Shown piece by piece: positions 19,417 through 30,325 of a DNA stretch of 64,000 nucleotides. Positions within the stretch are counted from its first letter, which is position 1; each line of letters opens with the position of its first letter. The notes beneath the pieces were generated by a model. The model saw nothing but the letters and a program-made list of their open reading frames with translations, did not search any database and was not told the DNA's origin. The stretch lies in NCBI GenBank assembly GCA_049852185.1, contig CP187540.1; one strand, given 5' to 3'. A program made the position numbers and the translations under genes. The DNA comes from Methanocaldococcus sp. 28A (GTDB lineage: Archaea > AGJL01 > Methanococci > Methanococcales > Methanocaldococcaceae).

Positions 19417-22400
19417 GTGGAGGGGAGAAAAATGCAAAAATTAAAAGTTTGGGAGGATGTTTTAGATGAGACATTAGATATGCAGGTAGCTCCTGAATTG
19501 GGAGATGTTGTAAATAAAACTGCTCACAAAATTTATACTGAACCAGAGGAATTCTTTAAAAGAACTTACTTTACTGATTCCATGGTTCAAATACTTGATA
19601 GGCTATTAAATACCTTAAGTGGGGATGAAAGACACAATATATTCTTAATATATTCTCTTTTTGGGGGAGGGAAGACACATACAATATTAACCATATACCA
19701 TGCAGTTAATAATCCTGATTCACTTACAAATGAAAATATTCTAAAAGATTATCCTGAAGATAAAAAAGAGAAAATAAAAAGTATTGGAATAAAATTAAAA
19801 GACTTTCAAAATCAAAACATAAAAATACTTCCAATATATGGTAAAGGAAGCTTAGGGCAACCAAGTAATCCATTAAACTTCGGTGCTTATGAAGTTAAAA
19901 CCTTATGGGGCTATATAGGACATTACTTAGGAAAGTATGCACTTGTTGAAAAATATGATAAAAACTTAACAGTTCCTCCAATAGACACAATTAGAGAACT
20001 TTTAAAAGGAAATAAAGTTGTGTTTTTAGTTGATGAAATTGTTCATTATATTGATAATTTATACAATAGTGGAAATGAAGATGATAGGAGATACGCAAAA
20101 AATATCTGTAAGTTTTTTGACGCTTTATCAACTGCATTAATTGGAACTGATAGTATAATGATTCTAACCTTACCAATGGAAAAAGATGGGGAAAAAGTTG
20201 AAAAAGGGTATAATAAGGAGATAGTTCTTTCACTTCATAGAGCAGTTGAGAGAGTCGGGGGAGCAGAACTTTACTCACCACTAAGAACCGAAGGAATTTC
20301 AGGTGGAGAAATTGTTGAAATTTTAAAAAAGAGAATTTTTGAAGACATAGACAAAGATTTTAAAGAGAAGATTATTGAAAAATATAGAGAAGCTTATTCA
20401 AACACTGATATATTTGGTAGATTTGAAAATAATTTATCAAAAACATATCCTTTTCATCCAGATTATATAGCAACGCTTAGAACTATAGTTGAAAGAGGGA
20501 ACTTGCAGAAAACAAGGGATATGGTTAGAATAACAAGAATTGTTATAAGAAACTTATTACAAGAAGAAGAGTTTCCTACCTTAATAATGCCATATCATAT
20601 AAATCCAAGAAATGAAAAACTAAAAGGGATATTGTTTGGAAAAAATCAAACATTTGCTGATTATGGAGGAGCTGTATTAGATGTAGATTTATCTCTTGAA
20701 AAATTTAAAAGATTTTCAAAACCAGAATTGGCAGAAATTATTTTGAGATACATATTCTTAAAAACCTATCCTTATGATTCTCCAATACCACTTGAAGGAT
20801 TCCCAAAAAAAGATAGTATTGCAAGGGCAGTTTATGAAATCAATTTCTTTGAAAGATATGCATTGCAATTAACTGATATTCCAAACACAATAAGTGAAAT
20901 TGAAAAAAGCTCATCATTCATATATTTAAACAAAAAAGATGGAATCTTCTGGTTTTGGAGAGTTGCAAATGTATCTCAAATGGTTGAAAGTAAAAAAGAT
21001 GAATTACTCTCCCTCCATATAATTGGTGTTTATAGAAAACTTGAAGAATTTGTTAAGAGGCATGTAGGAGGAAAAGGATTAAAAACCAAAAAAATTGAAG
21101 AGAATAAAATAACATTTTTTAAAAAGAATAATATTGTAGTATCAAGAGACGCACAAGAGTTCCAAGATGATGAAGATTATAAATTGCAAATACTCATAAG
21201 AGATGATGTTGATAAATCTACACTTTATAGAATAATTTATCAGTATGGGACTGGAACAAGAACATATAGAAATACAATAACTGTTTGTTATGCTGATAAA
21301 TCCCTAAACAAATTGCTTGAAATAACTGCTCGTATAATGGCATGTGAGAAAGTAAAAGACGATATTAAAGCAAAATATAAATCTTATGGAGAGGAGGTTG
21401 TTCAAATACAATCAAATATGGTAAGGACTATTGAAGATGATGCAAAAGCAGAATTTGATGAATCTGTAGCCAGCATATTTAAAAAAGTTGCATATCCTAA
21501 AGATAATGATGTGGAAATTGTTGATGCTACTCCAACATCCAAGTCAATACTTGAAAATGTATATTCAACACTTGTTGAATGGGGAAAAATTCCATCAAGT
21601 CTAACTTTTGAAGGTCTTGAATATTATTTAAATGAGGTAAATATATCCTTTGATAAACCAATTTATTTTTCAGAACTTAGAAGTATTATTAGAACTAATA
21701 CAAAACTTCCATTTATTACTGATGAACAATTAAAAGAAGTGATAAAAGAAGGAGTTGAAGACCTAAAAATTGGTATTGAGAGAGATGGAAGAGTTTTATT
21801 TAAAAGAATCTATCAAAATGTTCCTAATCATAATGAATCTGGAGTTCCTCTCAATGACATAAAAGAAAATGATATAATCTTGCCTCAAATAATGGCATTA
21901 AACAAACAAATAAACCAGATTTTAAAAGAAGAAAAGGATGAAGTTGTTGATAATAAGTATAAAAAGGTTTGGTATGAGGTTTATATTTCAGATTCTGAAT
22001 CATTGCCACTAAGAGAACTCGTTGAAGAAACAGAAGATGGCTTTATTGTTAAATCTGAGTTTGTAGATTTAGTAATAAATGGATATATAGTAAGAAAGAG
22101 TGAAGAGAAGATTATTGGAGAAAGAAATGAGTTTTCTTTGAAATTGGATAGACATAATATTGAAGGAAAACCAGGAGAAGATGTAGATGTAAAAGTAATA
22201 ATAACACCGTTAAAAGGCAATGATTTTGAAGTGAATATTGAAGTTGAAGAAGGGATATTAGATTTAACACATGGAAAGGTTCCTTATGAAACAATTTGGC
22301 ATATAAAAATTCCTGAATCTAAAAAAACTTATGAGATAAAAGCAATATCTGAAGATGGTGTAGTAAAAACTGATAAAATAACCATCACTCCAAGAACTGA

Positions 22401-22746
22401 TATTGTAGATGTTCATGAATTATCTGAAAACTTAAAAGGAGGAAAATTATTAGAAATAAAGGGAATTAAATCCTATGATGATTTATGTATGATTCCTGAA
22501 AACTTAAATGTCAAAGTTAGAGGAAACTTTATTATTGAAAATGATGAATACTTTAAAGCAGATTTCAATAATCTACCTCTTGATGTTGTAAAATATATTA
22601 TTGAAGAGATAGAAGGAGTTATAGAACATAAGGCAAAGTTAGACGTAGATATTATTTTTACAGAAGAGATAAAAATTGATGACTTAATATTTGAGAAACT
22701 TAGATGCTTAAATAAAAAAGTAGTATTTAAAATTAAAAAATGCTGA
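19417..22746 (+). CDS. DUF499-family AAA+ ATPase (anti-phage associated)
   Basis: PEEFFKRTYFT, Walker A FGGGKTH, Walker B FLVDE, EILKKRIF, YPFHP, LQKTR; start may be ATG 19432. Confidence 0.9.
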   Translation: MEGRKMQKLKVWEDVLDETLDMQVAPELGDVVNKTAHKIYTEPEEFFKRTYFTDSMVQILDRLLNTLSGDERHNIFLIYSLFGGGKTHTILTIYHAVNNPDSLTNENILKDYPEDKKEKIKSIGIKLKDFQNQNIKILPIYGKGSLGQPSNPLNFGAYEVKTLWGYIGHYLGKYALVEKYDKNLTVPPIDTIRELLKGNKVVFLVDEIVHYIDNLYNSGNEDDRRYAKNICKFFDALSTALIGTDSIMILTLPMEKDGEKVEKGYNKEIVLSLHRAVERVGGAELYSPLRTEGISGGEIVEILKKRIFEDIDKDFKEKIIEKYREAYSNTDIFGRFENNLSKTYPFHPDYIATLRTIVERGNLQKTRDMVRITRIVIRNLLQEEEFPTLIMPYHINPRNEKLKGILFGKNQTFADYGGAVLDVDLSLEKFKRFSKPELAEIILRYIFLKTYPYDSPIPLEGFPKKDSIARAVYEINFFERYALQLTDIPNTISEIEKSSSFIYLNKKDGIFWFWRVANVSQMVESKKDELLSLHIIGVYRKLEEFVKRHVGGKGLKTKKIEENKITFFKKNNIVVSRDAQEFQDDEDYKLQILIRDDVDKSTLYRIIYQYGTGTRTYRNTITVCYADKSLNKLLEITARIMACEKVKDDIKAKYKSYGEEVVQIQSNMVRTIEDDAKAEFDESVASIFKKVAYPKDNDVEIVDATPTSKSILENVYSTLVEWGKIPSSLTFEGLEYYLNEVNISFDKPIYFSELRSIIRTNTKLPFITDEQLKEVIKEGVEDLKIGIERDGRVLFKRIYQNVPNHNESGVPLNDIKENDIILPQIMALNKQINQILKEEKDEVVDNKYKKVWYEVYISDSESLPLRELVEETEDGFIVKSEFVDLVINGYIVRKSEEKIIGERNEFSLKLDRHNIEGKPGEDVDVKVIITPLKGNDFEVNIEVEEGILDLTHGKVPYETIWHIKIPESKKTYEIKAISEDGVVKTDKITITPRTDIVDVHELSENLKGGKLLEIKGIKSYDDLCMIPENLNVKVRGNFIIENDEYFKADFNNLPLDVVKYIIEEIEGVIEHKAKLDVDIIFTEEIKIDDLIFEKLRCLNKKVVFKIKKC

Positions 22747-22826
22747 TTTTAAGTAGTTTTTTATATCATTTTATATTATTTTTTCCTTCCTATTATTTTT
22801 TTATTTCTTTTTTGTGAGGTGATTTT

Positions 22827-23282
22827 GTGAAAGGAAATACTCAATATATGGTTAAACTTAGATATATTAAGCCTATAAAATTGCCAATTGTAAAAGAACA
22901 AAAATTAGCAGAATTTATTCCTATAATTCCTCTTGAGGACAACAAATACATAAAAGGTAAAATTGAAGGAGTTGCGAGAGTATTTCTTCCAGAGTTTATT
23001 AATTTCGCTAAACACCTTGGATTTGAAGTTTCTGGTAAAAAGAGGATAACATTAAAAACTGATGATGATTATGCATATCTAAAATTGTTTGTCTATGCCA
23101 TGGTTATGCAAGCATTAAAAGATAATACAATGTGGGGAAAGTTAGAAGACCACATTCTTTCTATGGAACCTCTATCCTTACGTTATTGGGCATCAACTTT
23201 TAGAAGTAGATATTGGGAATATAATAATAGAAGAAAATTATTAAAAATAGCAAAATGTTTTTTGGAAGTTGAAGAACTTTAA
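22827..23282 (+). CDS. Small protein at the DUF3780 position of DUF499 systems
   Basis: Lies directly after DUF499; C-terminal M....LRYW motif; the family call relies on context. Confidence 0.5.
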   Translation: MKGNTQYMVKLRYIKPIKLPIVKEQKLAEFIPIIPLEDNKYIKGKIEGVARVFLPEFINFAKHLGFEVSGKKRITLKTDDDYAYLKLFVYAMVMQALKDNTMWGKLEDHILSMEPLSLRYWASTFRSRYWEYNNRRKLLKIAKCFLEVEEL

Positions 23283-23285
23283 AAA

Positions 23286-23334
23286 TAGGACTTTCGCAGG
23301 AATAAATATATTAGTATTGAATATAGACACCTAA
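23286..23334. mobile_element. Truncated MITE family B (left half)
   Basis: TAGGACTTTCGCAGGAATAAAT matches the 10988 copy; GTATTGAATATAGACACCTAA matches the 42024 copy. Confidence 0.75.
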
Positions 23335-23353
23335 TTATGTGGGGGGATGAAAA

Positions 23354-26353
23354 TTGCAAAATAAAATAAAAAACTATCTCATAAAAAAGATATTTTTGCA
23401 TGACCCATTACTATTTTTCTATGCTTTAAATCATCCTGCATCAAAAAAACAAATAAAGCCATTTATACACCAAATTTATCTCCTATACAATGCTATGCTT
23501 CTTCGTCCAGTCCGTTTTTTAATTGCAGATGAGATTGGCTTAGGTAAAACAATAGAATCTCTTACAATAGCAAGATATTTAGAACTAAAAGATGGGATAA
23601 AAAAGATTTTAGTTTTAACTCCAAAAATTTTAAGAGAGCAGTGGGTTTCAGAAATAAAAAGAGTTGGAGGAATTCCAAGGATTGTTAAAAATGGGAATGA
23701 TATAAATAATATTAAAAGTTTTTTACAGTATTATGATTCTGCAGTTTATATTATAATCTCAATAGACCTTGCAAAAAGGTATGTTGATAAAATATTGCAA
23801 ATTGATTGGGACTTAGTTATTGTTGATGAAGCCCATAACATTACCAAAAATACTCAAAGGGGAAAATTAGTAGAAAAACTTTCAAAAAAAGTAAGAAATA
23901 TGCTTTTACTTTCCGCAACTCCACACAGAGGAGACCATCAAGATTATCTATATAGATTAAAGATTTTAGATTACACACTTATAAATGATTTTGACAAATT
24001 AAATACTCAAAATTTCTATCGTAAGACTCATGACATATTAGTTTTTAGAAGGACAAAAAAATTAGTAAATGCCCTTGAGAATAAAAAAGTCTTTAAAGAT
24101 TGCCAGTTTAATGCAGTAGTAGTGGATATATCAGAAGAGGAAAAAATATTTTTTAACCTTCTTGAAAATACTCTTAAAAATATACTGAAAAATACAAAAA
24201 AGAGTTCTCCAATAGCTCTTTTAGCAGTGATTTTAGGTAAGAGGGCATCTTCAAGTTATAAAGCAGCAATTGAAACACTGAATAGGATTATAAAAAGTAG
24301 CATTTTAAAAACTGATGATATTGATGTGTCAGAAGATATTCAAAACCTCTTCTCATTAAGTTTTGAAGAAATAGAATTTGAAGATTATAGAGAAGTATCT
24401 GACATAATAAATAATATTGTTGATAAATATTCACCCTATTTAAGCCAAGAACAAAAAGAATTATTTGAAAATCTCCTTAAAACAACAACTAACATTATAG
24501 TTAAAAAAGATAGTAAAATTGATGCTTTAGCAAAAATTATTGCAGAACATATTGAAAATAATGAGAAAATTGTAGTATTTACTGAATATGTTGATACTCT
24601 CAAATATCTTCAAGAAAATCTGCCTAAGTATCTAAATAACTATGGTGTTAAAATAGACACAAATGAAATATTAACACTTTCAGGAGAGGACAAAAATAGG
24701 ATGGAGAATATTACTGAGGAGATTAATAAAAAATTTGGGGATTATGGAAAAATTTTACTGGCAACAGATGTCGCTTCTGAAGGTCTTAATTTACAAATTG
24801 CAAGTGTCCTAATAAATTATGACTCCCCATGGAGTCCTATAAAATTAGAGCAAAGAATTGGTAGGGTTTGGAGGTTAGGGCAAGAAAAGGACGTGTCTAT
24901 TTATAATATTTTCCTTTCAAATAGAATGGACTTGGAACTACTCAATAACCTTTATAAAAAAATTATGAATATTAAAACTGCACTTGATAATCAATTAGCA
25001 ATAGGTAAGGAGATATATATTGCAAATGCTGAAAATCTATTTAACTTAGAAGAATTCGCATACATAAAAAACTTGTCCGAGTATGATATTATAATTTCAG
25101 CAATAATTGGAGAGTTAGGCAGTTATACAGAAGAAATTGTCAAAACTCTAAAAGTTATTAGAAATAAGCTAAAAATAATGGGTATTTTTCCAGAAGAACG
25201 TGCTGAAGAAATAAAAAAGGAAGTTTTAAATGTTATCCAAAACGAAAATTATTTAGAGATTGAAAAGGTTGAAGAAATTTTGAGGGACTATCATGATAAA
25301 GTCTTAAATGACAAAATAAATACCCAAAATATGTGGTATCAAATCATAAAATCAAAAAATGATAAAGATTTACAAATATCAAGAATTGTTATAAAGAATC
25401 AATTTAAAAATAGGGAATATTTGTTTTTTGTAAAGATATTAAATGAAGATAATGAGATTGTTTGGGAAATTCCATTGATGGTCTCTTATCAAAAAAAAAT
25501 TAAGTTAATGACAAGTGTTGAATTGTTAAAATACTTAACAACAATCTTTAGCAAAGATTTATTTTTCACAGAATACATAGAAAAACCTAATGAAAAGCAA
25601 GTATTGGCTATTAAAGGAAATGTCCTTACTTATGCCAGAAGTATTGTAAGTAACATAAATAAAAGAATTTCAAATTACGAAAATCTCATGGATTCAGGTT
25701 TAAAAGATGATAAATTATTTAAGAATTTGAAAATAAGTGTTAGTAATCCTATAATTATTGATTATCTGCCAGAGAAGGAATTTTCAATTGGAAAAGTTAT
25801 TCCTTTAGATATTGTGGATAATTTAGATAGAGATAATATTATTTTACCAGATGAAAATGATTTAAAGGTAATAAATAGGAATTTTCTGCCCCTTGAAGAA
25901 CTTGTGAAAATTGAAAAATTGGCTATGAATGTTATAATGAATCTCGAAGAACAAAGATTAGCAAGTAAATATGGATATGAAAATAAAGGTAAGATTTGGG
26001 ATGTTTTAGATGTCTCTCTACATGAGCATTATGATATAAAAGTTATTGAAAATGGAGAGGAGAAGTATATTGAAGTAAAAGGTCATAAGGGATTATTACC
26101 AATTGCAGAACTTACAGAGGCGGAATACAGATTTGCCATGGAAAATAAAGATAAATACTACCTATATATTGTTTGTAATATTGGGGAAGATGGGAAAAAT
26201 GCTATAATATTTGAGATTCATAATCCTTTAGACAATGAAAATAGAAAAGTTTATTTAATTAGAGATGGGGAAAAAATAGATATAAGCAAACACTATAAAA
26301 ATACTAACATCGTTGAAAGAAAAAGATATCTCCTAAAATTGGGACAAAAATAG
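23354..26353 (+). CDS. SNF2-family helicase with C-terminal DUF3883 (PD-(D/E)XK) nuclease
   Basis: ADEIGLGKT, DEAH, SATPH, SEGLNLQ, QRIGRVWR; C-terminal YDI......YIEVKG. Confidence 0.9.
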   Translation: MQNKIKNYLIKKIFLHDPLLFFYALNHPASKKQIKPFIHQIYLLYNAMLLRPVRFLIADEIGLGKTIESLTIARYLELKDGIKKILVLTPKILREQWVSEIKRVGGIPRIVKNGNDINNIKSFLQYYDSAVYIIISIDLAKRYVDKILQIDWDLVIVDEAHNITKNTQRGKLVEKLSKKVRNMLLLSATPHRGDHQDYLYRLKILDYTLINDFDKLNTQNFYRKTHDILVFRRTKKLVNALENKKVFKDCQFNAVVVDISEEEKIFFNLLENTLKNILKNTKKSSPIALLAVILGKRASSSYKAAIETLNRIIKSSILKTDDIDVSEDIQNLFSLSFEEIEFEDYREVSDIINNIVDKYSPYLSQEQKELFENLLKTTTNIIVKKDSKIDALAKIIAEHIENNEKIVVFTEYVDTLKYLQENLPKYLNNYGVKIDTNEILTLSGEDKNRMENITEEINKKFGDYGKILLATDVASEGLNLQIASVLINYDSPWSPIKLEQRIGRVWRLGQEKDVSIYNIFLSNRMDLELLNNLYKKIMNIKTALDNQLAIGKEIYIANAENLFNLEEFAYIKNLSEYDIIISAIIGELGSYTEEIVKTLKVIRNKLKIMGIFPEERAEEIKKEVLNVIQNENYLEIEKVEEILRDYHDKVLNDKINTQNMWYQIIKSKNDKDLQISRIVIKNQFKNREYLFFVKILNEDNEIVWEIPLMVSYQKKIKLMTSVELLKYLTTIFSKDLFFTEYIEKPNEKQVLAIKGNVLTYARSIVSNINKRISNYENLMDSGLKDDKLFKNLKISVSNPIIIDYLPEKEFSIGKVIPLDIVDNLDRDNIILPDENDLKVINRNFLPLEELVKIEKLAMNVIMNLEEQRLASKYGYENKGKIWDVLDVSLHEHYDIKVIENGEEKYIEVKGHKGLLPIAELTEAEYRFAMENKDKYYLYIVCNIGEDGKNAIIFEIHNPLDNENRKVYLIRDGEKIDISKHYKNTNIVERKRYLLKLGQK

Positions 26354-26369
26354 TTAGATATGCGATATT

Positions 26370-26810
26370 ATGACATATTGGCTCTGCATAACAAATGAAG
26401 ATAATTGGAAAGTGATAAAAGAAAAGAAAATTTGGGGAGTGGCAGAGAGACATAAGAATACACTAAGTAAAGTTAAAGTTGGAGATAAACTAATTATTTA
26501 TGAAATTCAGAGGAGTGGAAAGGATTATAAACCTCCATACATTAGAGGCGTTTATGAAGTAATCTCTGAAGTTTATAAAGATTCTACAAAAATTTTTAAA
26601 CCAACTCCAAGAAATCCTAATGAGAAATTTCCATATAGAGTTAAACTTAAAGAAATTAAAGTTTTTGAACCTCCAATTAACTTTAAAGATTTAATTCCAA
26701 AACTTAGATTTATCACCAATAAAAAGAAATGGAGTGGGCATTTAATGGGAAAAGCAATGAGAGAAATTCCTGAGGAAGATTATAAATTAATTGTTGAATC
26801 TAAAGCTTAA
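26370..26810 (+). CDS. EVE-domain protein (UPF0310)
   Basis: [32 protein letters not shown] and MREIPEEDY. Confidence 0.9.
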   Translation: MTYWLCITNEDNWKVIKEKKIWGVAERHKNTLSKVKVGDKLIIYEIQRSGKDYKPPYIRGVYEVISEVYKDSTKIFKPTPRNPNEKFPYRVKLKEIKVFEPPINFKDLIPKLRFITNKKKWSGHLMGKAMREIPEEDYKLIVESKA

Positions 26811-28663
26811 AACCTATTTTTTATACTTGCATCAAGCTCATCTAAGGAATATACATTTAACTCTCCTTTTTTTACAGTTTCTATTGCTTTAACTGCCGCT
26901 TTAGCTCCTGGAATTGTTGTAATGTATGGAATACCCAAATCTACTGCTGCTCTTCTTATATAATATCCATCTGACTTTGCCTTTTTTCCTGAAGATGTGT
27001 TTATTATTAAGTGTATCTTTCCATCTCTCATTAACTTTAAGATGTTATCATTTGGGCTTTCAGATATCTTCTTAACAAGTATTGTTGGAATGTCATTTTC
27101 TCTTAACACTTTTGCAGTACCTTCTGTTGCATATATTGTAAATCCAAGCTCATGTAATTTTTTAGCAACTTCAACAATATGCTTTTTATCTCTATCCCTA
27201 ACACTTATAAACACATTCCCAACAATTGGCAATTCCATATTTGCAGATAATTGGGATTTATAATATGCCCTACCAAAGTCTTTATCAATTCCAATAGCCT
27301 CTCCAGTAGATTTCATCTCTGGTCCTAAAACAGGGTCTACTCCAGGCAATTTTTGGAATGGGAACACAGCCTCTTTAATTGATACATACTTTGGCTTAGC
27401 AATCCAAACTTTTTCTCCCACTGTTTCAACATCATAATCTTTAATTAACTCCTCCAACTTTTTACCAAGCATAACCTTTGTAGCCAACTTAGCTAATGGA
27501 ATTCCTACTGATTTACTTACGTAAGGAACAGTTCTTGAAGCTCTTGGGTTTGCTTCCAAAACATAAACAACCCCATCCTTAACTGCATACTGCACATTCA
27601 ACAATCCTACTATATTTAACTCCCTTGCTAACTTTGCAGTGTAATCAATGACAGTATCAATTATCTCTTTAGGTAGTGTCTGAGGAGGAATTACAGTTGC
27701 TGAATCCCCACTATGCACTCCTGCCTCTTCAATATGTTCCATTATAGCTCCAATTAAAACACTCTCTCCATCACATACTGCATCAACATCTAACTCAATG
27801 GCATCTTCTAAAAATTTATCTATCAAAACAGGATGCTCTTCTGAAACTCTAACGGCTTCTTCCATGTATTCAATTAACTCCTCTTCACTATAGACAATTT
27901 GCATCGCCCTTCCTCCCAAAACATAGGAAGGTCTGACTAAAACAGGATATCCAATTCTTTTAGCTATCTCTAAAGCCTCTTCTTTTGTAAAAGCAGTTCC
28001 TCCTTCAGCTTGAGGAATATTTAACTTTTTTAATAATTTAGAAAACTCTTCCCTATCTTCAGCAACATTTATATTTTCTGGGGTAGTTCCTAAGATATTA
28101 ACACCAGCTTTTTTTAACTTCATAGCTAAGTTTATTGCTGTTTGCCCACCAAATTGAACTATAACTCCTAAAAGCTCTCCTCTCTCTTTCTCTCTTTCAA
28201 CTATATTTAAAACATCTTCAAATGTTATTGGCTCAAAATATAACTTATCTGATGTGTCATAGTCAGTTGAAACTGTCTCTGGGTTGTTATTTATAATTAT
28301 TGCTTCAAATCCCATCTCCTTTAAAGCTAAGACTGCATGAACACTTGAGTAATCAAATTCTATACCCTGTCCAATCCTTATTGGTCCAGAACCTAATATA
28401 ATTACTTTCTTTCTATCTGATGGGTTGCTTTCATCCTGCTCCTTATAGACATAATTTTCATAGGCTGAATAATAATAAGGTGTTTTTGCCTCAAACTCTG
28501 CAGCACAGGTATCTACCATTTTATATAGTGGGAGGATATTAAGTTTTTTTCTCAATTCTCTAACTTCCATCTCATCCATTCCTAATAAATTAGCTATTTG
28601 TTTATCAGAAAAGCCCATTTTTTTTGCTTTTAATAAAATTTCCTTTAATTTTTTCATTTCCAT
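26807..28663 (-). CDS. carB2: Carbamoyl-phosphate synthase large chain, C-terminal section
   Basis: [34 protein letters not shown] and MGS domain. Confidence 0.95.
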   Translation of the reverse strand: MEMKKLKEILLKAKKMGFSDKQIANLLGMDEMEVRELRKKLNILPLYKMVDTCAAEFEAKTPYYYSAYENYVYKEQDESNPSDRKKVIILGSGPIRIGQGIEFDYSSVHAVLALKEMGFEAIIINNNPETVSTDYDTSDKLYFEPITFEDVLNIVEREKERGELLGVIVQFGGQTAINLAMKLKKAGVNILGTTPENINVAEDREEFSKLLKKLNIPQAEGGTAFTKEEALEIAKRIGYPVLVRPSYVLGGRAMQIVYSEEELIEYMEEAVRVSEEHPVLIDKFLEDAIELDVDAVCDGESVLIGAIMEHIEEAGVHSGDSATVIPPQTLPKEIIDTVIDYTAKLARELNIVGLLNVQYAVKDGVVYVLEANPRASRTVPYVSKSVGIPLAKLATKVMLGKKLEELIKDYDVETVGEKVWIAKPKYVSIKEAVFPFQKLPGVDPVLGPEMKSTGEAIGIDKDFGRAYYKSQLSANMELPIVGNVFISVRDRDKKHIVEVAKKLHELGFTIYATEGTAKVLRENDIPTILVKKISESPNDNILKLMRDGKIHLIINTSSGKKAKSDGYYIRRAAVDLGIPYITTIPGAKAAVKAIETVKKGELNVYSLDELDASIKNRF

Positions 28664-28685
28664 AGTTTTTCACCTAATAATTATT

Positions 28686-30143
28686 TTAACTGCTTAAACT
28701 TAATTCCTTAATTTCTTCTTTAAGTTTTTCTAACTCTTTTTTCATATCAACAATATTTTTAATCTTCTTAATGAAGAACTCATCAATATTTGTTAATTCA
28801 CAGATTTTTTCAACACTCCATCCTTTCTCTAAAGCCTTAGCTATAACAAAAATCCTCTCATCAGTTGGATTTTTCAATATGTTTTTAATTTCTTCATCAC
28901 TATAGTCCTTATCCTTCCTATCACCAATTAAACCTAATCTACCAATATCTAAACTTCTAATAGCTTTCTGCAGAGCTTCTTCAAAGCTTCTACCAATTGC
29001 CATTACTTCTCCAGTAGATTTCATACTAGTTCCTAATCTCTTATCTACTGTTTTAAACTTATCAAATGGCCATCTTGGGATTTTTACAACAACATAGTCT
29101 AAAGTTGGCTCAAAGCTTGCTGGTGTCTCTTTTGTAACATCATTTAAAATTTCATCTAATGTTTTTCCTATAGCTATTTTTGCAGCAATCCTTGCTATTG
29201 GATAACCAGTAGCTTTACTTGCTAAAGCTGAACTTCTTGAAACTCTTGGATTAACTTCAATAACCCTATACTCAGTCATTTCCTTATTTACTGCAAATTG
29301 TATATTGCATCCTCCCTCAACTCCTAAATGTCTTATAATCTTTATAGCCGCATTTCTTAGCTTTTGATAAAACTCATCTGGTAATGTTTGTATTGGAGAA
29401 ACAACAATACTCTCTCCAGTGTGTATTCCCATAGGGTCTATATTCTCCATACCACAGACAATTATACATGTATCTTTTCTGTCCCTCATAACCTCTAACT
29501 CAAACTCTTTCCATCCCAAAACACTCTCATCAATTAAAACTTGGTTAATTATTGAATATTTTAAACCTTTTGAAGCAATATCTATTAATTCTTCTTTGTT
29601 ATGTGCAATACCTCCTCCTGTTCCTCCTAATGTAAATGCAGGTCTTACAATAACAGGATAGCCAATCTCTTCAGCAAACTCAAGTGCTTCATCAACAGAA
29701 TTAACTGCTTTACACTTTGTAACTGGCTCATTAATTTCAGCCATTGCCTTAGCAAAAAGCTCTCTATCCTCTGCTATTTCAATTGTCTTTATATTTGAAC
29801 CAAGAAGTTTTATTCCATATTTGTCTAAAATCCCTCTTCTATGTAACTCTAAAGCTAAGTTAAGTCCTGTTTGTCCTCCCATTGTTGGTAAAATAGCATC
29901 GGGTCTTTCCTTCTCAATAATCTTTTCAACAATTTTTGGATGTAATGGCTCTAAATAAACCTTATCTGCCATGTCTGTATCTGTTTGGATAGTTGCGGGG
30001 TTTGAATTTACTAAAATAGTATATATTCCTTCCTCCCTCAAAGCTTTACACGCCTGAGAACCTGAAAAATCGAACTCTGCTGCCTGTCCAATAACTATCG
30101 GCCCAGAACCAAAAACCATAACTTTCTCAATACTTTCCATCAA
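28686..30143 (-). CDS. carB1: Carbamoyl-phosphate synthase large chain, N-terminal section
   Basis: [29 protein letters not shown] and [18 protein letters not shown]. Confidence 0.95.
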   Translation of the reverse strand: MMESIEKVMVFGSGPIVIGQAAEFDFSGSQACKALREEGIYTILVNSNPATIQTDTDMADKVYLEPLHPKIVEKIIEKERPDAILPTMGGQTGLNLALELHRRGILDKYGIKLLGSNIKTIEIAEDRELFAKAMAEINEPVTKCKAVNSVDEALEFAEEIGYPVIVRPAFTLGGTGGGIAHNKEELIDIASKGLKYSIINQVLIDESVLGWKEFELEVMRDRKDTCIIVCGMENIDPMGIHTGESIVVSPIQTLPDEFYQKLRNAAIKIIRHLGVEGGCNIQFAVNKEMTEYRVIEVNPRVSRSSALASKATGYPIARIAAKIAIGKTLDEILNDVTKETPASFEPTLDYVVVKIPRWPFDKFKTVDKRLGTSMKSTGEVMAIGRSFEEALQKAIRSLDIGRLGLIGDRKDKDYSDEEIKNILKNPTDERIFVIAKALEKGWSVEKICELTNIDEFFIKKIKNIVDMKKELEKLKEEIKELSLSS

Positions 30144-30325
30144 TATCCACCATAATAATATTTTACAATATTTATATATTTGACTATTATAATTCAGATT
30201 ATCTCAATTATTGAAGATGAGCTTTTTAAAATTGCATAAATTATAATATAGTTACTTACATTTAAGTATCCTTTCCATAATAATCAGTTAAGGTTTTTAA
30301 AGTTAATGGTTCTAAAGGTGGTAAT

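Noticed and set aside
12821-26353. BREX or DISARM
   Set aside because: No PglZ, BrxL, DUF1998 or PLD gene; composition fits the DUF499/DUF1156 system instead
26807-30143. carB broken by a frameshift or pseudogenisation
   Set aside because: Both halves are clean ORFs, the second with its own RBS; split carB is known in Methanocaldococcus
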